DNA of 64,000 nt. Source: Syntrophotaleaceae bacterium (GTDB lineage: Bacteria; Desulfobacterota; Desulfuromonadia; Desulfuromonadales; Syntrophotaleaceae). Shown piece by piece: positions 34,661 to 46,700 of this stretch (position 1 is the stretch's first letter; each line of letters opens with the position of its first letter). The stretch lies in contig JAWKQB010000005.1 in assembly GCA_041390365.1 (NCBI GenBank), forward strand, positions 32,457-96,456, given 5' to 3'. The notes under the pieces were generated by a model. The model was not told where the DNA came from. It saw only the letters and a list, made by a program, of their open reading frames with translations, and made no database searches. A program made the translations under genes and the position numbers.

Positions 34661-35344
34661 CTATCCTCTCGCCGAAATTTTCACATACATCGCCAGCGGC
34701 ATGTCCGGCGGGGGGGGCTCCCGCAACTGGAGGACGGGCAGCACCTCGAGCAGGGCCCGGTCCATCCGGTCGTCGCCGGAGGAATCGACCAGCTTGAAGT
34801 CGATTATGCGTCCGGTGGCATCGAGCTCTATCCGGACCTTGGCCTTGTTGTCCCCTTCGGGCCAGCCTCCGGATTGTTCGAGAACCCTGCGCATCTCCCG
34901 GCGGATCTGGTCTTGAAGCATGCGGGTGTACCAGGCGTACTTGCGCAGCAGCGAACTCTCTCCGATGTCGCCCCCGATGAGGGACCGACCGCCCTTCTTG
35001 CCGACCAGCCCGAAACCATCCCCCCCGGCGCTCCCCTCGGCATCGACACCGAGGTTCTCGCCGGGCGGCGGCTCATCGGAACTTTCGGCCACATCCTCCT
35101 GCGCCTGCGGTTCCGGCTCGATGATCTCCTCCTCTTCCACCTCGGGAGGAGGCGGCTCCTCCTCGGGCGGAGGCGGGGGCGGAGGCGGCTTGACCAGGGT
35201 TACCATGGTCATCTGGCCCTTAGGCTTGATCTCGCCGGAAAACAGCAACGCCTTGAGCATCCAGATGCCGAGGGCCAGGAAAAGCACCACCACCGCAATG
35301 TAGGCGATCCAGATGGGCTGGAAGCCTTTGTTTTTCTTTGCCAT
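34661..35344 (-). CDS. tonB: TonB-family energy transducer
   Basis: Trimmed to the ATG at 35344 (MAKKNKGFQPIWIAYIAVVVLFLALGIW). Pro/Glu-rich spacer PPPPPPPPEEEPPPPEVEEEE. The C-terminal approx. 80 aa are TonB_C-like. The track extension to 35479 is a translation of the GAGTCCC array. Confidence 0.7.
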   Translation of the reverse strand: MAKKNKGFQPIWIAYIAVVVLFLALGIWMLKALLFSGEIKPKGQMTMVTLVKPPPPPPPPEEEPPPPEVEEEEIIEPEPQAQEDVAESSDEPPPGENLGVDAEGSAGGDGFGLVGKKGGRSLIGGDIGESSLLRKYAWYTRMLQDQIRREMRRVLEQSGGWPEGDNKAKVRIELDATGRIIDFKLVDSSGDDRMDRALLEVLPVLQLREPPPPDMPLAMYVKISARG

Positions 35345-35361
35345 TATGAAAATCCGTATTT

Positions 35362-35508
35362 CAAGTCCCGAGTCTTTAATACGGTCCCGAGTCCCGAGTC
35401 CCGAGTCCCGAGTCCCGAGTCCTGAGTCCTGAGTCCTGAGTACTGAGTCCTGAAGCCTGGACCTTGGACCCGGGACCATGGACCGCCTTTTGACCTTGGA
35501 CCGCCCCT
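35362..35508. repeat. 21 in-phase heptamers (147 bp) filling the ExbD-TonB spacer; the unit drifts GAGTCCC -> GAGTCCT -> GGACCNN
   Basis: ggtcccg agtcccg x4 agtcctg x3 agtactg agtcctg aagcctg gaccttg gacccgg gaccatg gaccgcc ttttgac cttggac. Confidence 0.95.
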
Positions 35509-35914
35509 ATTTAACCAACTTCTGCGTCACCAGACCCAACTGAGTGATGTCGAGTTTCATCAGCACATCGAGTATGCCGATGATCTGGCTGTAAAACACC
35601 TGTTCGTCGCCGCGGACCACCACCGGCAGATTGGGGTCGGCGGCCTTGTACTGCCGCAGCATGGTTTCGAGTTCGGCCATGGTCACCGGGTAGCTGTCCA
35701 GGTAGATCTGTCCGTCGGCGGCCACGGTGATCGCCTTGGTGCTCGGCTTGACCTCGCTGACCACATTGCTCGCCTTGGGCAGGTTGATCTTGATCCCCTG
35801 CACGGCGGAGGTCACGGCGATAATGAAGACCACGAGCAGGGTCCAGGCCAGGTCGAGCAAAGGGGTGACGTTGATATCGTCCATCACCTTCTGGTCGTAA
35901 AGATCGCGTCTCAT
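35507..35914 (-). CDS. exbD: ExbD/TolR-family biopolymer transport protein
   Basis: 135 aa. INVTPLLDLAWTLLVVFII single TM with the conserved Asp, and a periplasmic ExbD fold pattern. Stop/start is 1 nt from the exbB-like gene. Confidence 0.8.
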   Translation of the reverse strand: MRRDLYDQKVMDDINVTPLLDLAWTLLVVFIIAVTSAVQGIKINLPKASNVVSEVKPSTKAITVAADGQIYLDSYPVTMAELETMLRQYKAADPNLPVVVRGDEQVFYSQIIGILDVLMKLDITQLGLVTQKLVK

Positions 35915-35915
35915 G

Positions 35916-37688
35916 TCAGTCCCCGAATTCCTGGTCCACCATGTTGGCGAACTGGTCGACGAACAGGCCGAGGTCGGCGGCGATGATCTTCACCTTGCTG
36001 GCCAGGAAGTTGTAGCCGAACAGGGCCGGGATGGCCACGATCAGGCCGGCGACGGTGGTTGCGAGGGCCGAGGCGACCCCCGGTGCGATGGCCATGATGC
36101 TGGCTTCCCCCGCCAACGCCAGGGCGGCGAAGGTGTTCATGACCCCCCAGACGGTGCCGAGCAACCCGAGGAAAGGGCCGCCGCTGATGGCCAGGGTCAG
36201 CAGTACCAGGCCGTTGTTGATGCGGCGGTTCTGCTCCATGTAGCCGTTCTCGAGAACGGTGCGGAAGATGTTGAAAGCCTTGGACGAGAGTTTCGGATTC
36301 TCCAGGTGGGCATGCTTTTCACCCCACTGGCGCAGATCCTCCACCCCCTTGCGGAAGATGGTGAACAGGGGGGAATTGCCGTATTCCTCCTCCTTCCCGT
36401 AAAGGGCGTCGAGATCATGGGCATGGCTGAAGGCGTTCAGGAACTGCTCGTTTTCCCGCTGCATCAGGCGGAAGGCGTAGGTCTTGTTGACCAGCAGCAT
36501 GACGCTCAGAGCACCGAGCAGAAAGAGCAGGCCGATGATGATCCAGCCGTCGGCGGTGATGTTGTCGGCCACGGTGGCGATAAGCAGGGAGGAGACGCCG
36601 CTGCCTTCACCGGCTTCGATGCTGCCGTAGCCGAGCAGTGCGCTGGTCGGCCCCTGGCTCTGATAGAGCGCGGTGAACCACCCGGGCGACCGGGCGGCCC
36701 GCCCCAGGATCACGTCGTCCAGATCTCCCCGGAAGGAACGGGTGCCGTCGGGGGCGCCGCCGAGCGCCAGATCGCCGGGGAACCGGGACAGGGCGAAGGG
36801 AATGGAACCGCTTCCGGACTCGCGGCCGTCGAGATAGAGGGTTACCGCCCGCTCGGGGGTGATTGTCACCGCCAGATGCTGCCAGGACCCGGCGGTCAGG
36901 TCGCCTGCCATCTGCAGGGCGACGACGGTCTCCCCGGCGGCCATGCGGACATAGGGGCGCAGACCGTCGACGGAAATCTGCAGACTGCGCTCTTCATTGC
37001 CGCCCTGAAACAGTACGGCATTGTTCTGGGCATCCGCAGGCCGAATCCAGACGGCAAAGGTAAAGCCGGCGCTGAAATCGAGGGAAGGTGAGGACGGGAT
37101 GGAAATCCGGTCGCCGTCCTGGCGAAGGCTGAGGCCGTTGCCGGCCAAACCTGGAACCCCGAGCGCTCCGCTGAAGGTTCCGGGGTGATTGCCGTAGGCG
37201 GTGGCGTCGCGGGGGGCTCCTTCCGCCTGGTCAAAGTGATAGACCAGCGCCTGGTCGGCGTCGAAGGTTCCGCCCGCGTCCTGGGCATCGGCTGCCTGCG
37301 CGTTGCCCCAGTACATCCAGATTGTTTCTTGCACCGAGCCTGCGGTGAGTCGGGGCACCTTGACCCAGACCAGCGCCATCTCCTCAGCAACACTGAACCG
37401 CTCGACGTGGTATTTCAGCGGGGTCTTGTCATCCGCATCGACGAAGCGCAGATCGGTCCCGTCCTCCTTGCCGCTGCTGAAATCGAAGTTGCCCGAATGC
37501 AGCCGCACCAGCACCGGCATGTCGGTCTGGCTTTCGGCGAGACCGGCGGCGCCGGCATCGAGGGTGATTTTCTGCCGAAACTGCCAGTTCTTGTCCCACC
37601 AGGCCGATGCCGCCCCCGGCATCATCCCGAGCACAAGCCCCAGCAGCATCCAGATCGCGATTTTTTTGTTAAAACCATTTAAAAACAC
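35916..37688 (-). CDS. DUF2341 + LamG (concanavalin-like) periplasmic domains fused to a MotA/TolQ/ExbB proton-channel domain
   Basis: GTG start with a GGAGG SD and a signal/TM segment. WWDKNWQFRQKITLD...LRFVDADDKTPLKYHVERF (DUF2341 pattern). FTFAVWIRP...WQHLAVT...LYLDG...GDLDDVILGRAARSPGW (LamG). C-terminal LLGLLGTVWGVMNTF...PGVASALATTVAGLIVAIPALFGYNFL (ExbB/TolQ). Confidence 0.8.
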   Translation of the reverse strand: MFLNGFNKKIAIWMLLGLVLGMMPGAASAWWDKNWQFRQKITLDAGAAGLAESQTDMPVLVRLHSGNFDFSSGKEDGTDLRFVDADDKTPLKYHVERFSVAEEMALVWVKVPRLTAGSVQETIWMYWGNAQAADAQDAGGTFDADQALVYHFDQAEGAPRDATAYGNHPGTFSGALGVPGLAGNGLSLRQDGDRISIPSSPSLDFSAGFTFAVWIRPADAQNNAVLFQGGNEERSLQISVDGLRPYVRMAAGETVVALQMAGDLTAGSWQHLAVTITPERAVTLYLDGRESGSGSIPFALSRFPGDLALGGAPDGTRSFRGDLDDVILGRAARSPGWFTALYQSQGPTSALLGYGSIEAGEGSGVSSLLIATVADNITADGWIIIGLLFLLGALSVMLLVNKTYAFRLMQRENEQFLNAFSHAHDLDALYGKEEEYGNSPLFTIFRKGVEDLRQWGEKHAHLENPKLSSKAFNIFRTVLENGYMEQNRRINNGLVLLTLAISGGPFLGLLGTVWGVMNTFAALALAGEASIMAIAPGVASALATTVAGLIVAIPALFGYNFLASKVKIIAADLGLFVDQFANMVDQEFGD

Positions 37689-37713
37689 AGTGAAACCTCC
37701 GTTTTAAATTCGG

Positions 37714-37748
37714 TAACTAGTAGCTAGTAAATAGTGGCTAGTCGTTAT
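37714..37748. repeat. heptamer tandem array, unit TRRCTAG (5 units)
   Basis: taactag tagctag taaatag tggctag tcgttat. Confidence 0.85.
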
Positions 37749-37761
37749 TTTCTCACTGCTT

Positions 37762-40700
37762 TTAAAGCACAAACCCAGTGACCTCGACATCCAGCCACTT
37801 GCCGAGGAAGTCGTCCACCACCTTGGCGGGGGTCAGACCATCCCGCGGGCCGAAGCTGGCCGCCTGTTCGACCAGACTGCTGACTTCGGTCAAACTGGAA
37901 ACGCCGGCCAGGGCACCAAGTCCCGAGGTGCCGGAAGAGGTCGGAACCCCGACGGAACCGAGGGAGAAGCTGATGTTCTGAGCATTGCGCACCTCGGTGG
38001 CGGCCAGCAGAATGCGCCCGCCGGCGATGCCCGCCTCACCGGCGTCGATGATCCCCTCGGGAGCGACGAGGATGATGTCGCCAGGATCGGGCTTCTCCTT
38101 TATCCCAGCCACACCGTCCGGATCGTAGGTCAGGGCGCGGATGCCGCTGCCAACAGCAGGCGGAGAATAGGAAACTCGATATTCGCCATACTCATCCACA
38201 TATATAGTTTTGTCTGTCTGGCTGATGGCAGTGCGGGAACCACGGCCGGCATTAATGTCCCCCTGGTCGGCCCAGACAAAAATATCGCTTCCGCCATAAG
38301 TCATGACTCTCGATTCAAAGACGTTCAGATCACCGATATTCAAGATCGAAATATCGCCTCCCGCAGTGGTAAAAATACCCGTGCCCTTGTTGGTCCCGCT
38401 GTCGTTGATGCTGCTGCGGCCCACGTCGATATCCCCTGCAGCTGCGATGTAGATGTTGGAGGCTCCAGCAGTGGTGCTGATCAATGATTCCACCATTTTG
38501 AGATAACCTCTGCCAGCCTGGCGTTCCGTAATCCCCGGCGCCGGGCCAAAAACCATTTCGATGAGCTCGCTGCGTGCTTTTTCGACGATGGCATTGGCAT
38601 CAGCCGTGCGGCCGTCGGCCTGGGCCTCGACCAATTCCTGTCCGTAAACCTTGAGTGCGGCGAAAAACACGGCAGCGTCCTCCAGGGAAAAGTTCTCTGT
38701 TGCGTCCGTGGTGGAAACCTTCGTATCGTAACCCACCAGCACCAGCAGGTCGGCCCCCTCTGACCCCAAAGCCGAGTTTTTTGCACTGCCGCTGGCAACG
38801 ATTCCTCGCGAGGTTCCGAGATCAAGGCTGTACCCGGCCTGAACAATCAGCGCACCGGGGCCGCCCTGTTCAATGCCGAACAGGGATTCCGTGGCCGTAT
38901 TTTTCTTCAGTGCCGACTCCACCACGATACTGTTGCTTGCGGAAATGAGAGAAACATCATCCTCATTGAAGTTTTGGCCTACGTACCGAAGATAGCGAAT
39001 ATCTCCTCCGGCGGTGATGTGTGCCATCTTGGGCAACCGAAAGGCGATGTTCTCGATGTTGCGACCGGCTGTTATCTCGATGGCCTGGCCGTCGTCCTTG
39101 TGCAGGTCGCTGTTGCGATTTGACGCCTCGGCACTGAAAAACTGACTTTTGTCGATGGACCCATCCGTGGCGTAAACATCTGCGGGATCGTCATCGTTCA
39201 TGATAATGCCAGAAATGGTTTGCCCAACAGACTCGGCTCTAATGTCTCGCCCGGCAACCAACTGCAGATTGCCCTCGCTGGACGGGAGCATTCCGAAAAG
39301 CTGCTTCAACACGATGTCGCGGCCCGCTTGGATCACCACGGTTGCCGGCAGCACGCTTCGCCACCAATCCTTTGCGTCGTCGGAGGGATAAATAGGATGT
39401 TCGCCATACAGGACAACGTCCCCACCGATGCTTTGCAGGAACATACTGGTCTCCTCGGTCATACCAAGGGTCCAAGTGGTACTGGAGGATGTCATGCCCT
39501 CGTGATCAGGATGAGCAATGAAAGGATCGACCACTGATGCGTGCAGATCTCCCTGAGCGGTGACCTGCAGGACAGTATCGAGTATTTCGAAGGACTGCTG
39601 GTCGTCGGTTGCACCTATATTACCCAGGGAGGCAATAGAGGCCGTTCCCTGCCGGTTGAGAAACCTCCCCGACAGGTCGCCGCCGGCGCTCAGCGTAAAG
39701 TTGCCGCTGCCGAACGTACCGGCCTGGGTAGTGAAGTCGGCGCCTGTCCGCACCGTCAGGTTTCCACCTCCCAGAGTGGCCAGTCCCTGAGTGGTACTCG
39801 ACCCGTCGTAACTGGGTTGCCAGGAATATTTCCTCACTCGTCTGCCATTGATCATGACCAGCTTTGAAGTTACCTTATCCCAACCATTCCTGTTGTATCC
39901 CCCGATGATCGAACCATCCACATCGACAAAAACATCGCCACCGTGATCGTAATCCCAGTAATCAGTTGCCCCCGCCTGCGCCTCTCCCAGGGTGCGCACG
40001 GTTCCCAGTGTGTTTCCGCTCTGATTGAGGGACAGGTTACCGCCGATCCGCAGATCGATGTCGCCGGTGGCGGTCTGGATGACCCCGCCGTTGATGGTCA
40101 GGTTACCTTCGGTCCTTACCTCTACGGCACCAGAATAGGAACCGATGTTGAAGGGGATGGCCGAAGAGATCATGGTGCCGCCATTGACTGCGGCGGTGCC
40201 GATATGAATGCTGTCACCGGCAGCCAGCGTGACCGGCCCGCTTTCGCTGTAGACCTGCAGATTGTTGCCGATGGTGAGGGTCCCCGTATCGCGAACCGTG
40301 GCGGTAAAATCGGCGGCAGCCGGATCTGCGCCTGCCACCAGACTGATACCCCAGGAATCCTGTACGGGGCTCGTGGTCATTACTCCATTGCCATCCCTGA
40401 CAGTGCCAGTCACTGTCATGTTGCCAGCAGCACGAACCACCAGGTTGCCGAGTACGTTCGAATCCGAAAGATTCAACGCACCGACCGTCAGGTTCCCGTC
40501 GGACGTCGCCTCGATTCCGGCTCGCAACTGCAGTGCCTCGATGTCGGTCGATTCGAGAGCCAGGTTATCGAAGAGATCTTCCGCATTGGCGATCCAGGCT
40601 TCGGCATCGGCCAGATAGGAATTGAAGATGATCTGATTCAAAGGACCGTCGACCGAGTAGGTTTCCACTCCTTCGGCAATGACCTTATCGGCCCCGATGA

Positions 40701-43700
40701 TCGTGCCCTGCAGATTTATGCCGGTGCTGCCGGCTACGCCGTCCTCTCGGGCAGCTCGGAAATGGATTGATCCGCCTTGACCGCTGCCCGAAGCATCAAT
40801 CAGCGCACCAGAAGCCATGTTGACCCACCCGTCACGGCTGTTCAGAACCACCGAACCGCCCTCGCCTGCGTCACCGGAAACATCGATAAGGCTGCCTGAG
40901 GCAAGAGTGAGATCCTGCCCGGAGTGAAGCTCCACCGTTCCTCCGGAGTCCCCGGACGCATCAAGTGTTCCCGCCAGGCTCACCCCACCTGCGTCAGCGG
41001 CCAGGTAAACCTCCTGCGCCCTCACGATATCGGCCGCGGCGATGTTCAGGTCGCCGCTGCGCGCACGCACGGCGATGCGTTCATCAAAACCTCCTTCATG
41101 CAGTTGCGTATTGAGGGAGGAAAAATCGGCAACAGCGGCAATGTCCATATCGAAGGAGCCGCCATGGCCATTCTCCGACCCGCGCCGGCCGCGTAATTCG
41201 CCGGCCAGATTCACCCCGCCTGTGCCATCAACCAGTTTGATGCTCCCCGCATCCCCCTGCGCACCACCGGAGACGTCGATCAGGGAGCCTGCGGCCAGAT
41301 CGATTTCACCGTCTTCGGCGATTACCTGGACACGTCCACCGGAAAAATAGGCGTTGCCTCGGTTCAGAATCTTTCCGTTTTCCTCAACAGACACACTGTC
41401 CGAGCCGTTCAGGGTCGTGGTCCCCGCGGTATTGTCGACGATGCTGTCGACCCGGATGGTGCCTGCAGCGATTTCGAAGCGTCCTCCGGCATTGCCGGCT
41501 TCCGGGATACCGTCATCACCACCGAGAATGGCGACGGTACCGATTCCGCCGTCGATGAGGTAATCAGCTGCTTCATAGGTATCCAGGCTGTTGCGCTCTC
41601 CGGTTACCTTCACCAGCGGCGTGCTGACAGTCAAATCTCCATCCAGGGTGAAGGACCCCTGTCCCGTAACCGAAACCTTCTCGGCGGCCTCGATATTGAT
41701 GGTTCGGAATCCGTCGGTGCGGACATCGCCGTTCGCCATCTGCACGACGTTGGCCACCAGGGTGAGATTGCCGATATCCTCGGCGCTGCCTTCGTTCGAT
41801 TTTTGCCCGCTGTTGCCCAAGATAATGGTTTGGGCGGCAAGACGGACATCGCCTCCATTACCCACCAGTCGGGCCTCATCGAGGTAAAGCTGGTTGTTCA
41901 CCTCCAGGTTAAAGCTGCCGTTGAATGCTATGTCCGATTCGCTTTTCAGGCCGATATTGGCGATATTTTCGAACAAGGACCAGAATTCCCTGGTAATGAC
42001 CAAACCCTGCTCTCCACCGGTGTCATCGCCCTCGACGAAAACGATCCGCTTGCCCAGCAGGTTGACGGTGCTGTTGTCGATCTGGAAATGACCCTCCAGG
42101 CCATCCCCCCGCAGTTCGAGATCGTTCGTGGCCAAATTCAAGGCATCGGACACATGAACCTTCGATCCTTCCCCCAACACTACCTCGACATCCGGAGCAT
42201 TGAAGGTGACCTCTCCGGCCTCGATGGTCGAGTCCTTCATCAGATAGATGCCGTTTTCGCCATCGGCCAGATCTCCATTTTTGCCGCAAGTCAGGGTAAG
42301 GCTGGTCCCGGCAACCTGCAATTCGCTGCCTTCCTCCAGGGTGATTTTGGTGGTTTTGTCCTCCTGACCCAGCTCGACGGCGGCAAAGCCGGACAGGGCT
42401 CCACCGTCGATCAGCAGTGTGTCCAGATGTTCCGCGGACAAGCCATCGGCAAAACCGAACTCATCCCAGGCGATAGCCGAGGTTCCTTGGCTGGAAGCCG
42501 TGACCACCACCTCTGCGCCGCTGAGAGTCATGCTGCCGCCGGTATACAGTCCCTCGAGGGGCGACGCGTTGAGGGTGCCGTCAACAACAGTGGTCTCTCC
42601 CAGCAGGGAAATGCTGCCGGCATCCCCTTGGGCGAAGGCGGCCACTTCAAAATCACCTTCCGCCAGCAGGTCCCTGAGTTTGCGTACCGAATAGCTTTTG
42701 AGGGCTGCCGCATCTATGTCTGTCCCCTGCCAGGTCTGGTAACCGGCAACGATCCGGTAGCCTTCCTCGGTATACTGAGCGCCCCCCGCCTGGTAAATAG
42801 TCCCCAGGTCCGCAAGCACCAAAGCATTTTCGAACTGGGAATACTCATCGGCCAGCTCGGCGTATTGCTCGGCCATCAGGGCGTACTGCTCGGCCTGGCG
42901 GCCGTAATCGGCCGCCTCCTGCCGGTATTGCTCGGCCAGAGCCGTATACTGCGCTGCGGAGATTTCGTCTTCGGCGCCAGCGGCCAAAGCCTCGTTTTCC
43001 ACGGCCAGAGCCGCGCTTTCCGCTGCCAGTTCGGCCTTTTGCCCCGACTGCCGGGTGTAATCCTGCCGGATCTCGGTGTAGGCCGAGGCTACCAGGGCAT
43101 AATCCTCGGAAACCACCGAGTAGACTCCGTCAGCAACTCCCTCGACCCCCTGCAGATACACCGCTTCGCCCGGCAATTGCTGATCAGGGTCGGGCACCAC
43201 GATCAGGGCTCCGCTCAAAGGATTGGTGCTGCCGTCGACCCCGGGCTGAAACTGGTAGGCGAAAATCGCCCCACCGCCCGAGACGTCGATCTGGGCCCCT
43301 TCAGCCATCAGCACCTGTTCCCCGGAAATGGTCACCCCATGGCCGAGTGCCTCTGTAACCTCTTCATGATCGCGCTCGCTCGCCGAAGTATCCTTTGTGT
43401 CATTGAACCAGGTTCCATCGGCGAGAGTACCGTAGGCGGTCGCCCCGGACCCCGTCGTGCGCAAAAGACTGCCTGGGGCCAGGTAAACCCGCCCGGAATT
43501 TTCATCGTCACCTTCGCCTGTGGCGATTAAGGCTACAGTTCCGTAGGGCGCTTCGATTGTGCCCCGATGCTCAATACCTCCCCCGGCCTCCAGCGTAATG
43601 CTGCCGCCAGCGGATGTCAGGGCTCTGGTGCTGTCGATAGAGCCAGGCAAGGTCGTGATTTTGCCGCCGATCTGGAACTTGAAATCCGCGGTAAGGGCTG

Positions 43701-46700
43701 AAGAAAAACTATCCTGATCGGCTAAACCTGATCCTGCAAAGGCCGCGAATTCGCCTGCCAGATCATCGGGCACCTCGGGGAATATCCTCCCGGTCATTAT
43801 AAGGTCGCCGCTGTGGGCCAACTTGCCGGACCAGGTCAAACTATCTGAATCATCACGAAGACGAAGCTGGTAATCGAAATCGCTTACCCGCAATTCCCGG
43901 TCGGCCCCCAGGTAGACATTATCGAAGCCTGAAAGCTGAAGGTCCCCGACCAGGTCGATCCATTCACCGGCTAGAACCAGTTGTCCCTCGCCAATAGCCA
44001 CCGCATCGGCATCCTCAAAGACCCCCACCGAATTGATCAAACGCACCCAGGGAGACTCCAGCCATACGTCCGCATCTTCCCCGGCCGTAATCCTTGTTGT
44101 ATCCAGAACCAGGGAACGGTCTAATCGGGCGCTAATTTCACCGTTGAACGACAATCCGCTATAGCCGCGCAGAGTGAGGGCATCGAACCCGCCGGCAAGC
44201 CAATAATCAAAGTCCTCGCTGTCCAAAGACCAGTTCGTGGTCAAGTCGGTGTTGATCAAGGTCAGAGAACCACCCTGACCACTGGCCCTGTAAGCTTTGG
44301 CGAGGAGTTGACCACCCAGTTCAAGATTTGCGAAGGACAAGGTAATCTCCCCCGGATCCCCGCCGATGGGCACCTGGTTCAGTCGATGGTATTTATCCCG
44401 TATCCAGGTACGGGTGTCAGGTGCGGCGGATACATCAACAACCGCTCCTTCGGCAATCAGCAGGGTATCGCTCGAGGTTATAGTCACCGAGCCCCCGTCA
44501 TGGGGGGACTGCGACCGGACCAGACCTGAGGCAGGTGCGGTGCCGGGCTCATTCCAGCCGCCCGCCAGGATGCGGGCCTCTTCACCGAGAATCAGGGGGT
44601 CATACCCCAGCGTGGCGAAGGTACTCGAAGCCGTCACATTCACCTCACCAGCCAGGGCTTCCAGCACACCGTTGATCTCCACCCCTGGACCGGAAATGCC
44701 GATCTGCCCGGTCGGCCCGACACTCAGGGTGGCACCGCTTTCCACTATGGTTCGGGCGATCCTCGTTTCTTCCTCTGGCACAGAGGGGTCCGGCTTGGCA
44801 TCGATTGGTTTACCGGAGGCCAGTGTGATTGTCGATGCACCGAGGTATCCAGGCAGCGGCTGTCCATCGGCGGCATTGGGAACCTGCCAAGCCGTGCTGC
44901 TGGGGAAGATGCCCAGAGCTTCGTAACGGGATTGTTCGGCACTGGTTTCTGTGTTGAATTCGCTTCCCGGTTGAAGCCGGGCAACCGAAGGTTGAAGATG
45001 GACACCGCTTTTTACAATCAAATCTCGAGCACTTTTGAGATTGATACGTGTGAAGCCGCTGTCTCTCAATTGGGTGGTGCTCAGAACCAGTCCTTCATAC
45101 CCGGGAGGCAACTCGCTGTCCGCCGTCATACCGCTGTCACCCACCAAAGCAGCGGTAACAGTTAAATCCGACGCATGAAGATTGAGTTCGCTGCCTGTCT
45201 GTCCGATCAGGGCCAGACCGGTCAGCTCACCGTCCAGGAACAGGGCGTCGCCCTGGATGGTCAGGCTGCCGGCATCGCCCCCCTCAATGTCTCCGTCCTC
45301 CGACCACTGGTAGCCTCCGCTGACGTCAATGCGGCTTCCTTGGGCCAACACAAGAGCGCAGACCGGTGAAGCCAAATCTGAAATTGTGACCGTTCCACCA
45401 TCGAGAATGCCCTGCACGATGCTGTCGCTGCCGCTTACAAGGCGATTGTCGTTCCGTTCCCCGGACACGTCGATCACCGCTTTTTCGCCGAGATAGAAAC
45501 GGCTTTCATATTCTCCATAGCGGGGGTCAGCTTCAGTGGTTGAAGTTACGTTTTCCAGGAGGGAGTAGGCCAGGTCTCCCGACGGAACATACACCCTGCC
45601 CTCCTGAATGATGCGCCGGGCATAAACCGATAGACTTCCCCCCGCCTGCAACCCGATCTCTGCATTTTCAGCCAGGGTGAATTCTCCATTGGTTGATACG
45701 GTCAGGCTGCCCAAACCGGCCTCTTCGATCTTCCGTGCAGAAATGATATTGATCTGATTCTCATTGAGTTCGTCTGATTCCGAAAAATCACTCAAAGACG
45801 TAGTTGAATCGACAACCCGCACTGATTCGAGGATTGCATCGCGATCGCCCGGACTATTGTTATCCCCAATCAATTCCCCAAGCTGCAGGAAACCTCCCTT
45901 GGGCCGTAACAGGCTGAGAAGCCCCTTCGCCTCTTCTTTATTGTCGTAAATCTGATAGGCGCCTATTGTGGCCTGACCCTTGAGGACCCCGTCGAGGACG
46001 ATACGGGGCGCGATGAGTTTCAGAATGCCTGCATCGGCTCCGGCGACATGGTCGGGGATATATTTTTCGACGTTCTTTGTCGCACTGTACCTGCCCCACT
46101 GAGAGGCACTGGCAATGTCGGGTAAGGAACTGCCGGAAACGAGCCCGGTAACTTCGACAGTTCCGGAATCATATTCGATGCCGCCACCGGAAAAATCCAA
46201 CAGCGCTCCATCGCGGACGATAATATCAGCGGTGTTGCCGGCTTCCTGGTTGAGACCGGAATTGATGATTATGGTACCGCCGGTGGTGGCAAGCTCGGCT
46301 GCGGTCTGCTCCTGGGTGTTCAGAACGCCGCTGACATCCCCGATGGCCGAACCCTCGGTAGCCAGGAAACGAATGGTCTGACCCTGCAGTATCCCGCCTT
46401 TCTGGGCAAAATAATCCCGCAGTTCCAGGCTGTTGAGGGTTGTTTCGAGCACCAGGGATTCGGCGCCCTTGGTGACCCAAAGACCGCTGACGTCGATGAT
46501 GCTGTCCTCAGCCAGATAGACTCTCTCACCTGCATCAATAGTTACATTGCCCGAAGGAGCGTCGATGATGCCGCGATGTTCCACTCGCGCCACCGTGTCT
46601 TCGCTGTCATAGGAAATGCCGTGAATCTTGATGTTGGCATCAACCTGAATATTTTTATCCACTACATAGGTCTCAGTGGACGGGGTAATCGGGGTACTGG

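Noticed and set aside
37762-38400. CdiA-type contact-dependent inhibition toxin with a downstream immunity gene
   Set aside because: There is no VENN or other pre-toxin motif in the protein, the C-terminus is not compositionally distinct, and the next ORF is the 590-aa ExbB fusion rather than a small immunity protein.
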